A stretch of 37,873 nt of DNA from Asterionella formosa (GCA_002256025.1 NKIB01015169.1:1-37873); one strand, 5' to 3'; shown: positions 22,900 through 34,989, counted from the stretch's first letter. The notes: generated from the sequence alone by a model not told the origin. Numbers and translations: made by a program.

Positions 22900-24326
22900 G
22901 ATTGTTTCGCTCTGCGGATTATCTTTTATATGGGTGTATCAAATAGAACAGGCAAGTCAGGATGATGTCGCTCGAAAGAGGAGAGCTTTTGGAAAACAAC
23001 CAGATTTGTCAGCAAGGCCAGGCGAGGAGAATGATTGTCCAGTATCATGCTGTCATAGCAACTGTTATGCATGGTGGGTGGTCCCGTCAAGCAAGCGTGA
23101 TAATAAACGAAGAAAAAGGTGAAATGGTGTGGTGGTACCTGGTAGTAGAATCGTGTTCGTACCAAAATAACTTGAGAATACTTTAGAAGAAGGAAGAAGA
23201 AAAAGCTTTGAACTTGACTGGTCTCTGTGATGTGGCTATTATACTTTATGTACTCCGGAGTAATTATCAACAGAAACCAGAAGGTCCTTGAAGGAGAAAT
23301 TAGCTACTTAGTGAGTTAATGCAGTAGTCTACCTATCTAAATCAATGTAGTAGCGCATTATTCAATTCAGGACTCAATGTTAAAATAACTCACAAGTGGG
23401 TACAAAGCAAGGAAACCATCCTTCCCAAATAGACTACCAGGTACCAGGTACCAGTATGTTGCAGATTTCTGTTTCTCGTGGTCTCCGCAACTGGTAAGAA
23501 CCAGGGTAACTTACTATATACCGACACTGCTGTTAGATACTCCGAGTACTACTGTACTTGTATAGCTAAACATTGTAAGTAGGAAACGAATGCAGTAACG
23601 GTCGTAGTCACAACATTTAACGATATGCGATGCCATGACACCGTTGTGACATGTCATCATTATATTGTACAATACTGTATGCAGTATGGAGTGTGGAGAG
23701 AATGACAAAACGCTGATAAACGTACGCCAGGTGTGATCGGATTTAAGGAGTCGGTAACAAAACCGGTAATGGCATCTTTAAGTACTTTCCGGTACCAGGT
23801 GCTGTGATAAATTATTTATATAACACCCACAGGACGACATTTCCACCATCGATAAACCATGATTGTCGATGTCGTATATTGGTACAACGTACCGCACTCT
23901 CGTTTCTGACATGTCTGTGCAATGTCCTCAAGGCCCAATACGAAATTCTGGCGAGAGGGCGTGTGTGCTTCAGCTATATTGCCAGATTCGCCCTTGTACA
24001 TCGGATAAAATCTTGTTTTTCCGAAATAACATATATATACTGAAAAATAAACAAAAAATGTCAGCATATATGATACAACATTCTGTCGTTGATACTCCGA
24101 GTAAAATGTCTTTTTGTGTGAAACAGATAACGGTAGTCGAGAGACTTGGTGGAGGGCGGATGCCGGTAATCGAGATTGAAAACGGAGTTACTTTTCCATC
24201 GATCAATTATATAACTGTGGCATCTGATCATGTGTTGTAGCTTCAATGCGACTTTTGCATTAACTGCGTTTGTGACATTTCAGATAGAGCTGATTTCAAT
24301 TTTATAGCGCTGGGTAGTAGGCAAAA

Positions 24327-24388
24327 GGCATCTATTTACTTATGTATGCAGTTAAGGGCATTTATTTACTTATGTATGCAGTTAAGGG
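24327..24388. repeat. 30-bp tandem duplication
   Basis: GGCAT(C/T)TATTTACTTATGTATGCAGTTAAG x2. Confidence 0.95.
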
Positions 24389-24568
24389 TTTCCATGTTGG
24401 AACGCTCGTGTTGAGGAAGACACATCAGGAGGTCCTCGGCAAATAACAAGTCACACATGCTGACCAGTGGCGGTTGGAAAATTTGCTTTTGGGGATCACA
24501 AATCGGTGACGAGTATAGACAGGTGTGAAAAGCAATCCTTCAGCTCGCAACTTTACCTCTTACAAGCA

Positions 24569-25003
24569 ATGAACGCAGAAACTTCCGTCCTCTCTCGTCC
24601 AGAGGAGGTCACTCAGCACGGTATCAATGTCGACATGTCAAGACGACGTAAAAGTATCACATTTGCAATCTCATCAGGAAGAAGCAAAACTGAAATATTT
24701 CAACCTGAACAGTTGGAATTTGCCGTCAAGAGGTTGCACCTTCTACAAGAAAGAGACAGAACCAATCCATACAAGGGAGAAACACCGTCAAGTTTATTAT
24801 GGCTTCTTGATAGACAAACGAGGTATACAGAGAGGGTTTCGAGGTCACAAACACCACTACCTGATCACAAGATACTGAGACGGGGTAGCATTTACCATGA
24901 ACTTCGGGGAAGTGGAGTTCAAGAAAGTACTTGCGATAAACGTCAGAGAATGTATTCCCTCTTGAAGGAGGCGATGGGTTATACCGATGATGATGACTAT
25001 TGA
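24569..25003 (+). CDS. Hypothetical protein (~144 aa)
   Basis: ORF from the first ATG (MNAETSV...) with hydrophilic protein-like composition; no domain recognised. Confidence 0.5.
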   Translation: MNAETSVLSRPEEVTQHGINVDMSRRRKSITFAISSGRSKTEIFQPEQLEFAVKRLHLLQERDRTNPYKGETPSSLLWLLDRQTRYTERVSRSQTPLPDHKILRRGSIYHELRGSGVQESTCDKRQRMYSLLKEAMGYTDDDDY

Positions 25004-25347
25004 TATTAATAGCTAATGCAATGGCATAGGATAGTATGCCGTGTACCAACAAAATAGATTTCCCAGGTTAGACCGATGGTGATAGATGAGGATTATTAAT
25101 GTGTGTAGCTATAGTGCCTTGAGATAGAACATGATGACTTTTGCATAAATATACCGGTTGTTGCCACGGCGTACCATGCCCGAGCGTTCGACAAGCCATT
25201 CATTTTCTTTACAATTTTGGCGCTCCTGTTTATTCACACCAGCGCGAATCATCCTCGCTGGCCTTGTGGTGATATCTCCGCCCTTTAGTACACCACTCAC
25301 TGTCTCACTACGGGTACTGTGCCCAATTCGTGTACTGGTACGCACCT

Positions 25348-25460
25348 GCAAGGGTCGAGGTAATTTTGATGAATTAATGATTTGGCTATCTTTATCCCAG
25401 ATTAAATTGTTTATTTAACCAGATTAAATTGTTTATTTAAGCAAAATGACCGCAACTTGC
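25348..25460. mobile_element. MITE-like element, copy B, with an internal 22-bp tandem duplication
   Basis: GGTAATTTTG...GCTATCTTTATC(CCAGATTAAATTGTTTATTTAA)x2 GCAAAATGACCGCAACTTGC; left TIR is degenerate. Confidence 0.7.
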
Positions 25461-25951
25461 TAACGGTAATACCGCTGTACCTGTAGTTTTTTTTTAAGTC
25501 GTAGAATTATACTGGTCGTGATTTTCGCAGACCTCGCTCGTACATAGTTTTAAACAGACCAGCATTATGAAATCACGACAACATGTGTTCCATTGGTGAT
25601 GAAATCTGGAGTGAAGATTTCTCTTTTTTACAAGCAAAACTCCTCGTGGTAGAGACTAACCACTTACCGTATCATAAACGTTTTAGGTAGCAAAATGTAT
25701 CCGTTCAGGAACTAACTGATTGATGGGTACCCTTAAATAAGAACAAGTTCAATTTGAACGCACTCGCGGTGACAGACAACTATAGCCCTAGTTTGGTCGA
25801 GTGCACACTTCCAGATTGTTTTCGTTTCAATTTTGAAATATTTATATAATGCAGAAGTTAGAATTATCGAGCTGGTAAGAACATCAATTTCTGTTCTGAA
25901 TGAATAATTGAATTCAATGGTACAAGATGACTTCTACAAAGCGAAACATGC

Positions 25952-27205
25952 TCATTTCTCCGCAAGCTCCTTCAAAAATAAACACCTAATGTCTTCACTA
26001 GAAACAGCTGCAAGTCTTTGAGCGCGACGAAAACGGAGGTTTGTCTTTCCTCCGTCCATGGAACAAAGGGAAACCACACTTTCTCCTTCAACATCTGAGT
26101 AGTCTGTGCTTGAACTCCTTATTCTCGGTAGCTCCGAAATCCACGCAGTCTGGCTGATCGTTGCAGGAGTGACAATAGTGTGGACTGACGTCGGAGAAAC
26201 TTCGCCTACTCGATTTTTGTTGCTGGTGTGCTTCTCTGTTTCTGTCCGAATTTTATTGTGGTCAATGGACTTCTTCCTTCTTTTACCACGCAAACGTCTC
26301 TCCTTCCTTTCTTTCTTCAACGAGACACTCTGTTCAGCTGTGATCTCAGAAACAACTGTACCACATACCGCATGGTCGAACTTTGTCGCATATCGCTCAT
26401 CTACTATCGGCAGTGGTGTCAAGTCAACAAGTTCATCCAAGTAAGCAATTCTCTTCCATCGGTTCTGTTTGATTTTATATTTAGTATGAAAATATTCAAT
26501 GTCCTTCTGAACCTCCTCGTTTCGTGTTTTCACTGTACGACATCGTACATTAAGTGCCCCCAAGGCTCGTTGACATTGCACAATAGATTCGAACGATGAC
26601 CTGCTCGAAAGAGTGTTGATATCAGTCTCCGATGTTGTCTTGGAGTTTCCATCATGAATAATGAGAGCGTTGGAAAGGTTTGGACGCTTGAGTCCATTCG
26701 ACTCGCTATATACACCGAGCTCTTTGGATAGGCTGGCACTTTTCTCTTTTGAAATAGACACAGTCATCATTGAAGGGTCACCATCAAAACTGTCATTTTT
26801 AACAGTCGTCAAATTCTTGGCGGACACATCTTGTTCCGTAGTGGTCTGTCCATGGTGAAAACTGGGAGGTTCCAAGATGACCAAACTCTCACGGGGTACA
26901 CCTTCCTTTGGAGTGCAGGAATCCGTACCTATCCTTATTTTGGTCTGGCCCCTTCCATGGGAATTGGAAACGTTGGATTTGCTCAAATACCTCTTGAACA
27001 TGGATGTGTCTCTGCTCAACTGCAAAATGGTTGGACAAGAGTAGATAGTTCTGGTGTCTCCTTCTTTGATACCAGAGAGACAACGAGCTCGGCCATTGAC
27101 ACCGGGAATGAAGTAGCTCGGGCGCCCAACACTATTGTTGTCTCGAATGTCCTCCTGTATACTGAGGAACTTATCCAAGCTACTGAAACTGGCTTGACTT
27201 GACAT
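25952..27205 (-). CDS. Hypothetical protein (417 aa, Ser-rich, basic patch)
   Basis: Long uninterrupted ATG-initiated ORF with KKERKERRLRGKRRKK; no domain recognised. Confidence 0.75.
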   Translation of the reverse strand: MSSQASFSSLDKFLSIQEDIRDNNSVGRPSYFIPGVNGRARCLSGIKEGDTRTIYSCPTILQLSRDTSMFKRYLSKSNVSNSHGRGQTKIRIGTDSCTPKEGVPRESLVILEPPSFHHGQTTTEQDVSAKNLTTVKNDSFDGDPSMMTVSISKEKSASLSKELGVYSESNGLKRPNLSNALIIHDGNSKTTSETDINTLSSRSSFESIVQCQRALGALNVRCRTVKTRNEEVQKDIEYFHTKYKIKQNRWKRIAYLDELVDLTPLPIVDERYATKFDHAVCGTVVSEITAEQSVSLKKERKERRLRGKRRKKSIDHNKIRTETEKHTSNKNRVGEVSPTSVHTIVTPATISQTAWISELPRIRSSSTDYSDVEGESVVSLCSMDGGKTNLRFRRAQRLAAVSSEDIRCLFLKELAEK

Positions 27206-28188
27206 TAGTCCAAAACGTTTTCAATCAATTGTTTTTGATCTGTAGAGAAGAGTGAACACGACTTTCAGAAACGTTAAAGATAAATGCCTGCGCGTTGAGA
27301 AATTCTTTTAAAAGCGTCTTCGCCCTCTCGTGCTTTCGTTCCTTTCTCGACAAAATCACCAAAATTTTGGTGTCCATTTTGTGAGAGAGTATTTACCAAA
27401 TCCACGATTACGTCGAAATGTAATTAGGAGTGCCAGCAAGTCCAAGTTGTCTGTACAACACTTTTTTACTTATGAAAAGATTTAGCTAAATATCTTGATT
27501 ACCAGTACCGATGCGAGCAGGGCCATACTATTCGGTACTACATACTCCGTACTACCTGGTACACAATGATGATACTGCATGGTCGCTCGTCATACATGAC
27601 TACCGGTACGGTGGCACGGTAGTTTCATATGATGATAGCAGTAAATCAACATTTCAATGATATATCAATTATATTTTTATCCTATTCTCCAAAGTAAGTA
27701 TTGTCCACACGATTCGAAAATTTCCTTCCCAGCCAATTTTGGCAATACTAAAAAATAAAGGCAGGAACCCAGAAGGACGACCAGCATGCACTCGTGATTG
27801 TCATAGATGTCGCAGTGCTTACATGGTATACCTGGTAGCATAGAGGTACCTGGTGGAGTACCAGGGTACCACTAAGATATCCCATGTAGTACCAGTACTA
27901 CATTACCCTGGTACCCCTACCAGCAAGTTGTTGGGGTACCTGGTAGTATGAGTGCGTACATATACTGGTACATGTACTTACTTACCGGTATGCCAATCTC
28001 CGAGCAACATGACAAAAAGAAGGGAAGCAAGCACCAGTAGATACGTACCGGTACTTACGCGCCCCATGGTAGGAACATACACAGTGTATGTATAAGCAAG
28101 CAGGAGCAAAAATCAACGAACACACGTCGATTTCATGATTGCAAAAAGTGAATTTTTCGTTAACAACGCCCTTTGATCCTTCTTCTCT

Positions 28189-28217
28189 CATTGACATTGA
28201 CATTGACATTGACATTG
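28189..28217. repeat. (CATTGA)n microsatellite
   Basis: About 5 perfect hexamer copies. Confidence 0.9.
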
Positions 28218-28400
28218 TAACATTACGATAACAACGAAAAGGTAGTTCATCCTTTTGTTGTCTGTGTGCGTGCCGTTCCAATTCATGGGCTGTGGTTCTT
28301 CCAGAGCTCAAGGTCGGGTAAGTTCCATTCCTTACCCCCGGTTGCTTTTAAGTAATCGAGCAGTCATGCCGTTTTGTTGGTATTTACTATATATTTAGTC

Positions 28401-30319
28401 ATGGTTGTAGTCTTGTTGTTTTTCTACTCTAACAACTTGCGCACACTTCACTACTTGTCATGCTATACCGTACAAAAACTACTCATTGTTATTATCATTA
28501 TTATTTTGGTAATATTGTAATTATTATAATAATATTTTCTCATAAAAGGACAATTACGGGGCATTACTTTCAGATCCCGAACCATTGACACCACTGGTGC
28601 GATTCGAACCAGAAGAGCCACCAAGATTGGATAGTTTTCTAACGGAATTGGAGGCATCGAGAGAGTGGACCCCCGACAAGAAAAAGTCGACCACTAGTAG
28701 TCGGAATAAAAGCAACAAGAAGCAGCGACAACAACAACAACCAGACGTTACGTCCTCCCTTGCTCCATTTACATTGCAATCCGTTGATTCCTCCAATCGA
28801 GATATTGCACCAAGCACTTCCAACGGACGTAGCGCACTAGCTCTACCAACCACTACTACTACTCAGCCAGCATCGACCCAAAACAACGATTCTGGTATTG
28901 CATCTTCGGCATTTCCAGAACTTGCCTTGGATCCTTCTGGATTTGATAAATCCAATTTCTCGCTTGCCTCATCAACTTTGGTATCCTTACCACCACCTCC
29001 AACCGAACCAACTGTTACTACTGCTGTTCGTTCCAGTATCAAAAGCAAGACAAAGCCCATTACTAGTAATAGAACGGACGAACAATTGAAAGAAACTTCG
29101 TCCAAACATAAATCAGCCAAAAAGTCAAAGAAAAAGAAACGAAAGAGCACTACTTCATCCAAAGAAATGAGCGCTTCGAAATCAAAGTTACAACTTGGAA
29201 TGCACATGGATACACCAGAACCATCGTCGGGAAGTGGAATGAGATTTGATGAATTGTATCAACTCAGTGGTGTGGTATGTTGTTGTTTGTGTTGTTGTAG
29301 GATGGTACTACATTTGTATATACATTGTGCACTCACAACAACTCGTGCTTGCTTATATTACTTACTAATAATGCACACACTCACACACATATTCACAGCT
29401 AGGTACTGGTGCATTTTCTACAGTGAGAGAAGGACATCATCGATCCTCCGCTACTATTACATATGCTGTCAAGTGTGTCAATCGTAGAAAACTTTCAGAG
29501 GAAGATGAATTGGCCTTGCTTGATGAAGTGGAAATTTTGAAAGAAATGAAACACATTTATATTATCCGATTGTATGATTTCTTTGTTGAACCTGCCACGT
29601 ACTATCTTGTCATGGAACGCATGTCGGGTGGGGAATTATTTGATCGGATTGTGGCCAAGGCATATTACAATGAAAAGGAAGCAAGAGATGTATGTAAGAT
29701 TGTCTTGGAAGCGGTGGGGTATCTGCATAACAACAATGTAGCGCATCGGGATTTGAAACCTGAGAATCTATTGCTACTAAGTGAATCAGACGATTCTCAA
29801 GTCAAGATTGCTGACTTTGGCTTTGCCAAAAAGGTAAAAGCTCCTCAATCTCTCACGACACAATGTGGGACACCAGGATACGTGGCTCCTGAAATTCTAG
29901 AAGGGATCCCCTACGATACCAGAGCCGACATGTGGTCTGTCGGAGTTATCTTGTATATTTTGTTGGGTGGGTATCCACCCTTTATTGAAAGCAACCAACG
30001 GGATTTGTTTCGCAAGATCCGACGAGGGGAATATGAATTTCATGACGAATATTGGGGGAGTGTGTCAGCGGATGCCAAGGACCTGATCCGATCTTTACTG
30101 ACTGTCGACCCTGTGAAACGATTGGATGCTGATCAAGCGTTGGAGAATCAATGGATATGTGCGGATGATGTGGCCTTGGCGAAACGAGACTTGGGTACCA
30201 ACCTAATTGCATTGTCAGCGTACAATGCGAAACGCAAATTCAAGGCGGCAGTGAAATCTGTCATGGCAGTAAATAAATTGAAGTCGTTGGGTGAAGATTT
30301 TTTAAAGAATTTGTCGTAA
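28401..30319 (+). CDS. CAMK-group Ser/Thr protein kinase with a long low-complexity N-terminus; intron 29275-29398; 5' end uncertain
   Basis: Splicing gives LSGV|LGTGAFSTV (Gly loop), followed by AVK, GGELFDRI, HRDLKPEN, DFG, CGTPGYVAPE, DMWSVG and a CaM-binding-like NAKRKFKAAVKSV. The frame is open from 28549; a tiny first exon at ATG 28401 is a guess. Confidence 0.92.
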
Positions 30320-30885
30320 AAATGGAATGAATGTAATTACCGTGGTCTGAAAAGCTATATGTTCAATTGTGCAAGGTCAGGGAAGGTTCGTTGATGTGCA
30401 CGATGAAACCAGAATCTGTCGAATTTTATAATTAAGAAAACTATATTCAAATATATTATACCTTTGCATTGGCACATTGACATTTTATTTGGGTTGGACA
30501 AGAAAGAGGTTAGCTGTACCTTGATCCTATGTATTACTATCTAGTCTACTGGTTGCAATTGTAGTATTGGTTAGTTAATTGACTCTTTTTTGTTCAAGTG
30601 GACGAATTGGCTCGTTTTCTTACGAGATTTCTCGAGTTGGTATTTCGTTCCCCTCACTATCCATTGCATTGATGATCCCATGTTTACCATCACCGTCAGC
30701 TTGCACACAGACGTATGGTGGAGTCTGGTCGTGCACCAGCCATCATAGGACAACAATGATGTGGCCGGGTTTTTTGCTTACGTACCGGTATTATAGTGAG
30801 CGTCCCCAAACATGCCTATCGGTACCACCACATAAGGCGTACTACGCACGAACCGGAATGGACTTTTCGGTTGGCAGATACTTAC

Positions 30886-30938
30886 TACCGGTACCTGGTA
30901 CCTGGTACCAGGGGTACCTGATACCAGGTACCAGGTGC
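30886..30938. repeat. Cluster of palindromic GTACCWGGTAC units upstream of PAM16 (densest example of a dispersed motif family)
   Basis: TACCGGTACCTGGTACCTGGTACCAGGGGTACCTGATACCAGGTACCAGGTGC. Confidence 0.85.
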
Positions 30939-31342
30939 CCTTGTGTGCAACTTCATACCGGTACGCACATGAAATAATGGCCCGTGGTATGTCGTATAGA
31001 TACCGGAATTCTATTCCATCATTCTGCTTGTCTGTGCTGTGCTGCTTTCTACTCACGTTCCCGATAGATGTACACCGACCGTAAGCACAGCATACGACAC
31101 AGCCATGATAACAAAAGGCAGAGCGAAGCAACAAGAGAATTAATTAAGTACCAGGTAATTTCCTTCCCCTCTTCTCCTCGTCGCAATCTCTTCCACCATT
31201 TTCCCGATTCCTTTCTACTCGGAGCATTTCTTTTCAGCTCACCGTTGCTTACACTTTTTTGATAATCTATCATTATTCCTTGTGTTTCCTTTCCTTGCAA
31301 CGTTGATCTACCACCCAACAATTACATTTACAATTTAGTAGT

Positions 31343-31945
31343 ATGGCTCCTCTTGGTCGAATTTTAGCTCAAGTAATTGTTCCAATCATTGCAACGTTGG
31401 CACGAGCCATTCCTGCTGCGTATCAACAAGCGGTTCAAAATGCGAAAAAAGGAGGAGCATCCTCCGCAACAGCAACTGCAACCGCATTCTCCAAGAAACT
31501 AATGAGTAAAGAAGAAGCCATGATGATTTTAAATATCACTGATCAACAAATAGTAACGGATGCTCAAGTTGTGGAACAGGTACGTCGGTGTCCAGACATG
31601 TATAGTGCAATCTCCTCTACCAAGAATATGGTTACATTCTAAAATGGCATGTCGTTTCACTCAACATACTTTTGCATCTCTTTCCACGGCACATTTGCAA
31701 CAAACCAAAACCTTTTGTCCTTGTTCAATCCTTTCTATATACCGTATATCAAACACAATAATTCTATACACTTTACATTTTCACAACCCCCTCAAAATCA
31801 CCAGCAATATCAACGGTATTTTGCTGCCAATTCCATGGAAAAGGGGGGATCCTTTTATTTACAAAGTAAAGTATATCGTGCCAAGGAAATGTTGGATGAG
31901 TACATCAAAGAACAGAATACTACTGCCACATCCTCCAAGGAATGA
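31343..31945 (+). CDS. PAM16: Mitochondrial import motor subunit Pam16/Tim16; exons 31343-31579 and 31805-31945
   Basis: ARAIPAAYQQA, MSKEEAMMILN and, after a GTACGT...CAG intron, QYQRYFAANSMEKGGSFYLQSKVYRAKE (Pam16 J-like signature). Confidence 0.95.
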
Positions 31946-32107
31946 TGTGTAAATATATATATATCTAAATAAACAAAAGAAATCCGTCATTATTTCATCA
32001 GTTTTAATTCATGAGAAGTAGTATGTCTATAGAAAATAGGAATGGATCCGGAAAAATGTTGGAAACGTCCATACATTCTGCTTATTAGTAGTACTGGTGC
32101 TCTAAAT

Positions 32108-32620
32108 TCATTTAGGTTCATGGTCCTTCATAAATTGAATGTACTTGATCAATTCCTTTACTTGAACTTCTTGACGTCGATAAATTTTGGTTTCTGCCAA
32201 TCGTTTCTTTTTAGACGTTGGTTTTTCATAATAATTGTATTTGAGTGCAAAAACTGAATCATGAATTGAATGTATATATAGTAGACCGAATAGATTTGAA
32301 GAACAACATCATATGTTTGTGAAAAAAGTACATGGAAGTATAGATAAATGAGAGGCACAAACCAGGTTAAGAGTCAATGAATAGATTGATACAACGTTAA
32401 ACAAAACACATATATACGTACTGGAATGATTTCTTTGCCGATCTTCATAAAAACGTTTAGCCATGTTGTTTGGATCTTCATATTCCATTTTTTGGGTCTT
32501 TGGATTGAATCGTTGACGTAATCGTTCTTGAAAAAAGGTTCGTCGTCCGATTGTTGCGCTTGGAAACGAACGACGAAGGAAGGATGACACTTGTAATGAG
32601 GTTGATGCAAACAACCACAT
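32108..32620 (-). CDS. MRPS21: Mitochondrial ribosomal protein S21-like (bS21m); exons 32620-32422 and 32253-32108
   Basis: Arg/Ser-rich presequence (MWLFASTSLQVSSFLRRSF...RRTF). A GTACGT...TTCAG intron (32254-32421) yields IFALKYNYYEKPTSKKKRLAETKIYRR, matching the S21 YEKP-basic motif. Confidence 0.75.
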
Positions 32621-33364
32621 GATGATGATGATGATGATGAAGGAAAGGAAAGGAATCAATCAATCAATGATTACTGGTGTTGTCAATGAATGAAATGATG
32701 TCGTGAATTTCATATGATAACTACAACAGCCAGCAAACGATAACAGATCCGAAGCCACACACGGCAGCATGGTGCTACATAAGTCGTTGGTATCAGGTAC
32801 CTAACCTGGAACCTGGTAGTGTTCATACTAGTACGTGTGGTACGTGTGGTCAGTAGAATACTACTGATATGCTGTTGGAAAGCCAGGAGGTCCGGTAAAA
32901 GACGGTTTTTACTCTTGGAAACTCGCTCAGCAACTAACCTAAATAAATACTCTATCAATGCAATACTGGTATTCTATGTACTGGTGGTACCTGGTAGCTA
33001 GTCTAAGGTAAGTCGTCTGTACTGCCGATACAGCAAAAGTCGGTTTTGTAATTGGCTGTATATCCGTCTTGGTAAACAACTCTCCTGACAATGCAAATGA
33101 AGTTGGGTCATATCGTGTTCTATGCATGCCCAACTGGCTGGGTAGAATACCAGAGTGTAGCCCGCATGTACAATTAGTGTGGATATGCTAGATTGACTGC
33201 CTGGTAATGTATAGCTGCAAGTCAATAGAAGTGAATGTCTTGTTCCGTTCAATGTACTCAATTATTAGTTTTAGTATTATCTAGCTAGGCCAAAGGTTGC
33301 CCGGCTATAGGTATTGTTCTGCTCCTTCTCCACTCATTTGCTCGCACTCAACCCAACTGCTGCC

Positions 33365-33994
33365 TTACACAGGAGTTCTAGAAACCGCATCAATCCTGGC
33401 CGACACACTCAAATCCATAAACATATCTCCAATTTGCACTTGAAGTCCTCCCATGATGGTTGGGTCCACTTGCATCTTCAAGTTGATCGTCTTGTCTGCT
33501 CCAACTTGAGCAGTCATGGCCTTGGCGATAAGTTCCGTCTGTGACTTACTCAATGGCTCGGCACTAGTGATAGTAGCTTCCACTTGACCACGTTGGGCAG
33601 ACATCATCCGTTCAAAGATATTCACAATAGACACCAATTCCACAAGTCGGGCGTTCCCAGCCAACGTGGTAAGTAGGTTCAACGTCGTGTCACACGTCTT
33701 TGGCTTGAGCCATTCCGTCACTTGGGCAATCTTGACATCACGTCCTAAAATGGGAGTGACAATAAATTCTTTAAAGGCAGGTGAATCCAGAGCGGCCATT
33801 CGCAATGCTTTCAGTTCCGTTTCGACTGTGTCCAATTGGCCCTTTTTAGATGCAGCCGTATATGTGGCATTGGCATAACGTGCTGCCAAGCCATAGACTT
33901 CAATTGGGGGCTTATGGGACAAGGCGACAGCAGCAAACGAACGAGCAATGACCTTGAGTTGGACGGATCGGAGCAGAGTACCGGTAGGAACCAT
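33365..33994 (-). CDS. ATP5O: Mitochondrial ATP synthase subunit O (OSCP/delta family)
   Basis: Presequence ending ARSFA, then PPIEVYGLAARYANATYTAASK, NLLTTLAGNARL, GQVEATITSAEPL and VDPTIMGGLQVQIGDMFMDLSV. Confidence 0.95.
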   Translation of the reverse strand: MVPTGTLLRSVQLKVIARSFAAVALSHKPPIEVYGLAARYANATYTAASKKGQLDTVETELKALRMAALDSPAFKEFIVTPILGRDVKIAQVTEWLKPKTCDTTLNLLTTLAGNARLVELVSIVNIFERMMSAQRGQVEATITSAEPLSKSQTELIAKAMTAQVGADKTINLKMQVDPTIMGGLQVQIGDMFMDLSVSARIDAVSRTPV

Positions 33995-34434
33995 CTGTGA
34001 TAATAGTGACAGGGTTAGGGATAACGCAGCAATATTGCAAATCATTGAAGAATATAATAGGGTTAGGGATACATGGGCAAGAGAGAAATCATGGATTGTC
34101 AATCGACGAAAGCATCAACAAGTAAGATTGCTGTTTCCGTAATCAATACAGTGCCACGATGGGATCTCTTACCGTGCACGTATCAGGCGAAGAGTGGAAG
34201 AAGGAAAGAGCGAATCAATAAACAATAACGCAATGTGTTGCTGTTGCGATTATGTTGATTTAATGCATCGACAATAACGGGCTTACTACTGATACCAGAG
34301 TACCTGGTACCGGTATTCACAGCAACGAAAAGCGTGCGTGGGGTGCCTGGTACCAGGCACCATGTACTTGTTGTTACAAGCAGCACTGTACTCCGGATTA
34401 CTCCCTACCGGTACTCCGGTAGCAACAGTACCTA

Positions 34435-34522
34435 CAAGTTACGGTAATTTTGCTGAAACAAAAGATTTAGCTATCTTTATCCCAGATTAAAATGTTAGTT
34501 TAAGCAAAATGACCGCAACTTG
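34435..34522. mobile_element. MITE-like element, copy C (88 bp)
   Basis: TIRs CAAGTTACGGTAATTTTGCT / AGCAAAATGACCGCAACTTG (18 of 20 complementary). Confidence 0.75.
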
Positions 34523-34989
34523 CTCTGGTACTTGGTGCGTCGTACAGTATGTGATCAGAATCTAGAACAATTGTACCTACCCGTACTCACACTTCCTCGG
34601 AGTATTGGACGTACGTACAGAAACGAAATACTGGTTGTTGCCTTGGAGAAGTCTCGTCCAAATGCCAGGTACTGCAAGTTTGCTTAAACTAACCATTACC
34701 TTGTACTGGTACTCCCAGGTACGGAATAACAGGAAACATCACCACTGTAGGCTGAAAATAAGCGCGCATTGTCAATGTAAAATTGGCAAATTGAACTCCC
34801 ACTACGCATGCCAAAGCAATGCCGACTTGAGAGAGTGTCCTTCAGCACTTATCAGAAGCACTCATGTGACGATAGCTAACCAAGTTAAGTACTGGTACAA
34901 GCACCCCGAGTGCTTGTTGTTGTCTTGTGCTGTGTCGTGGCTCAGTTGCTCTAACCCCTTGGCGCTTTTTTCCCATCCATACTCATGAT

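Noticed and set aside
23929..23995. Small inverted repeat (AAGGC...GAAATTCTGGC / GCCAGATTCGCCCTT)
   Set aside because: Too gapped and single-copy in this window to call a MITE.
33995..34102. N-terminal extension of the OSCP ORF (MTIHDF...)
   Set aside because: Looks intronic (branch motif, CAG acceptor); ATG 33994 already begins a plausible presequence.
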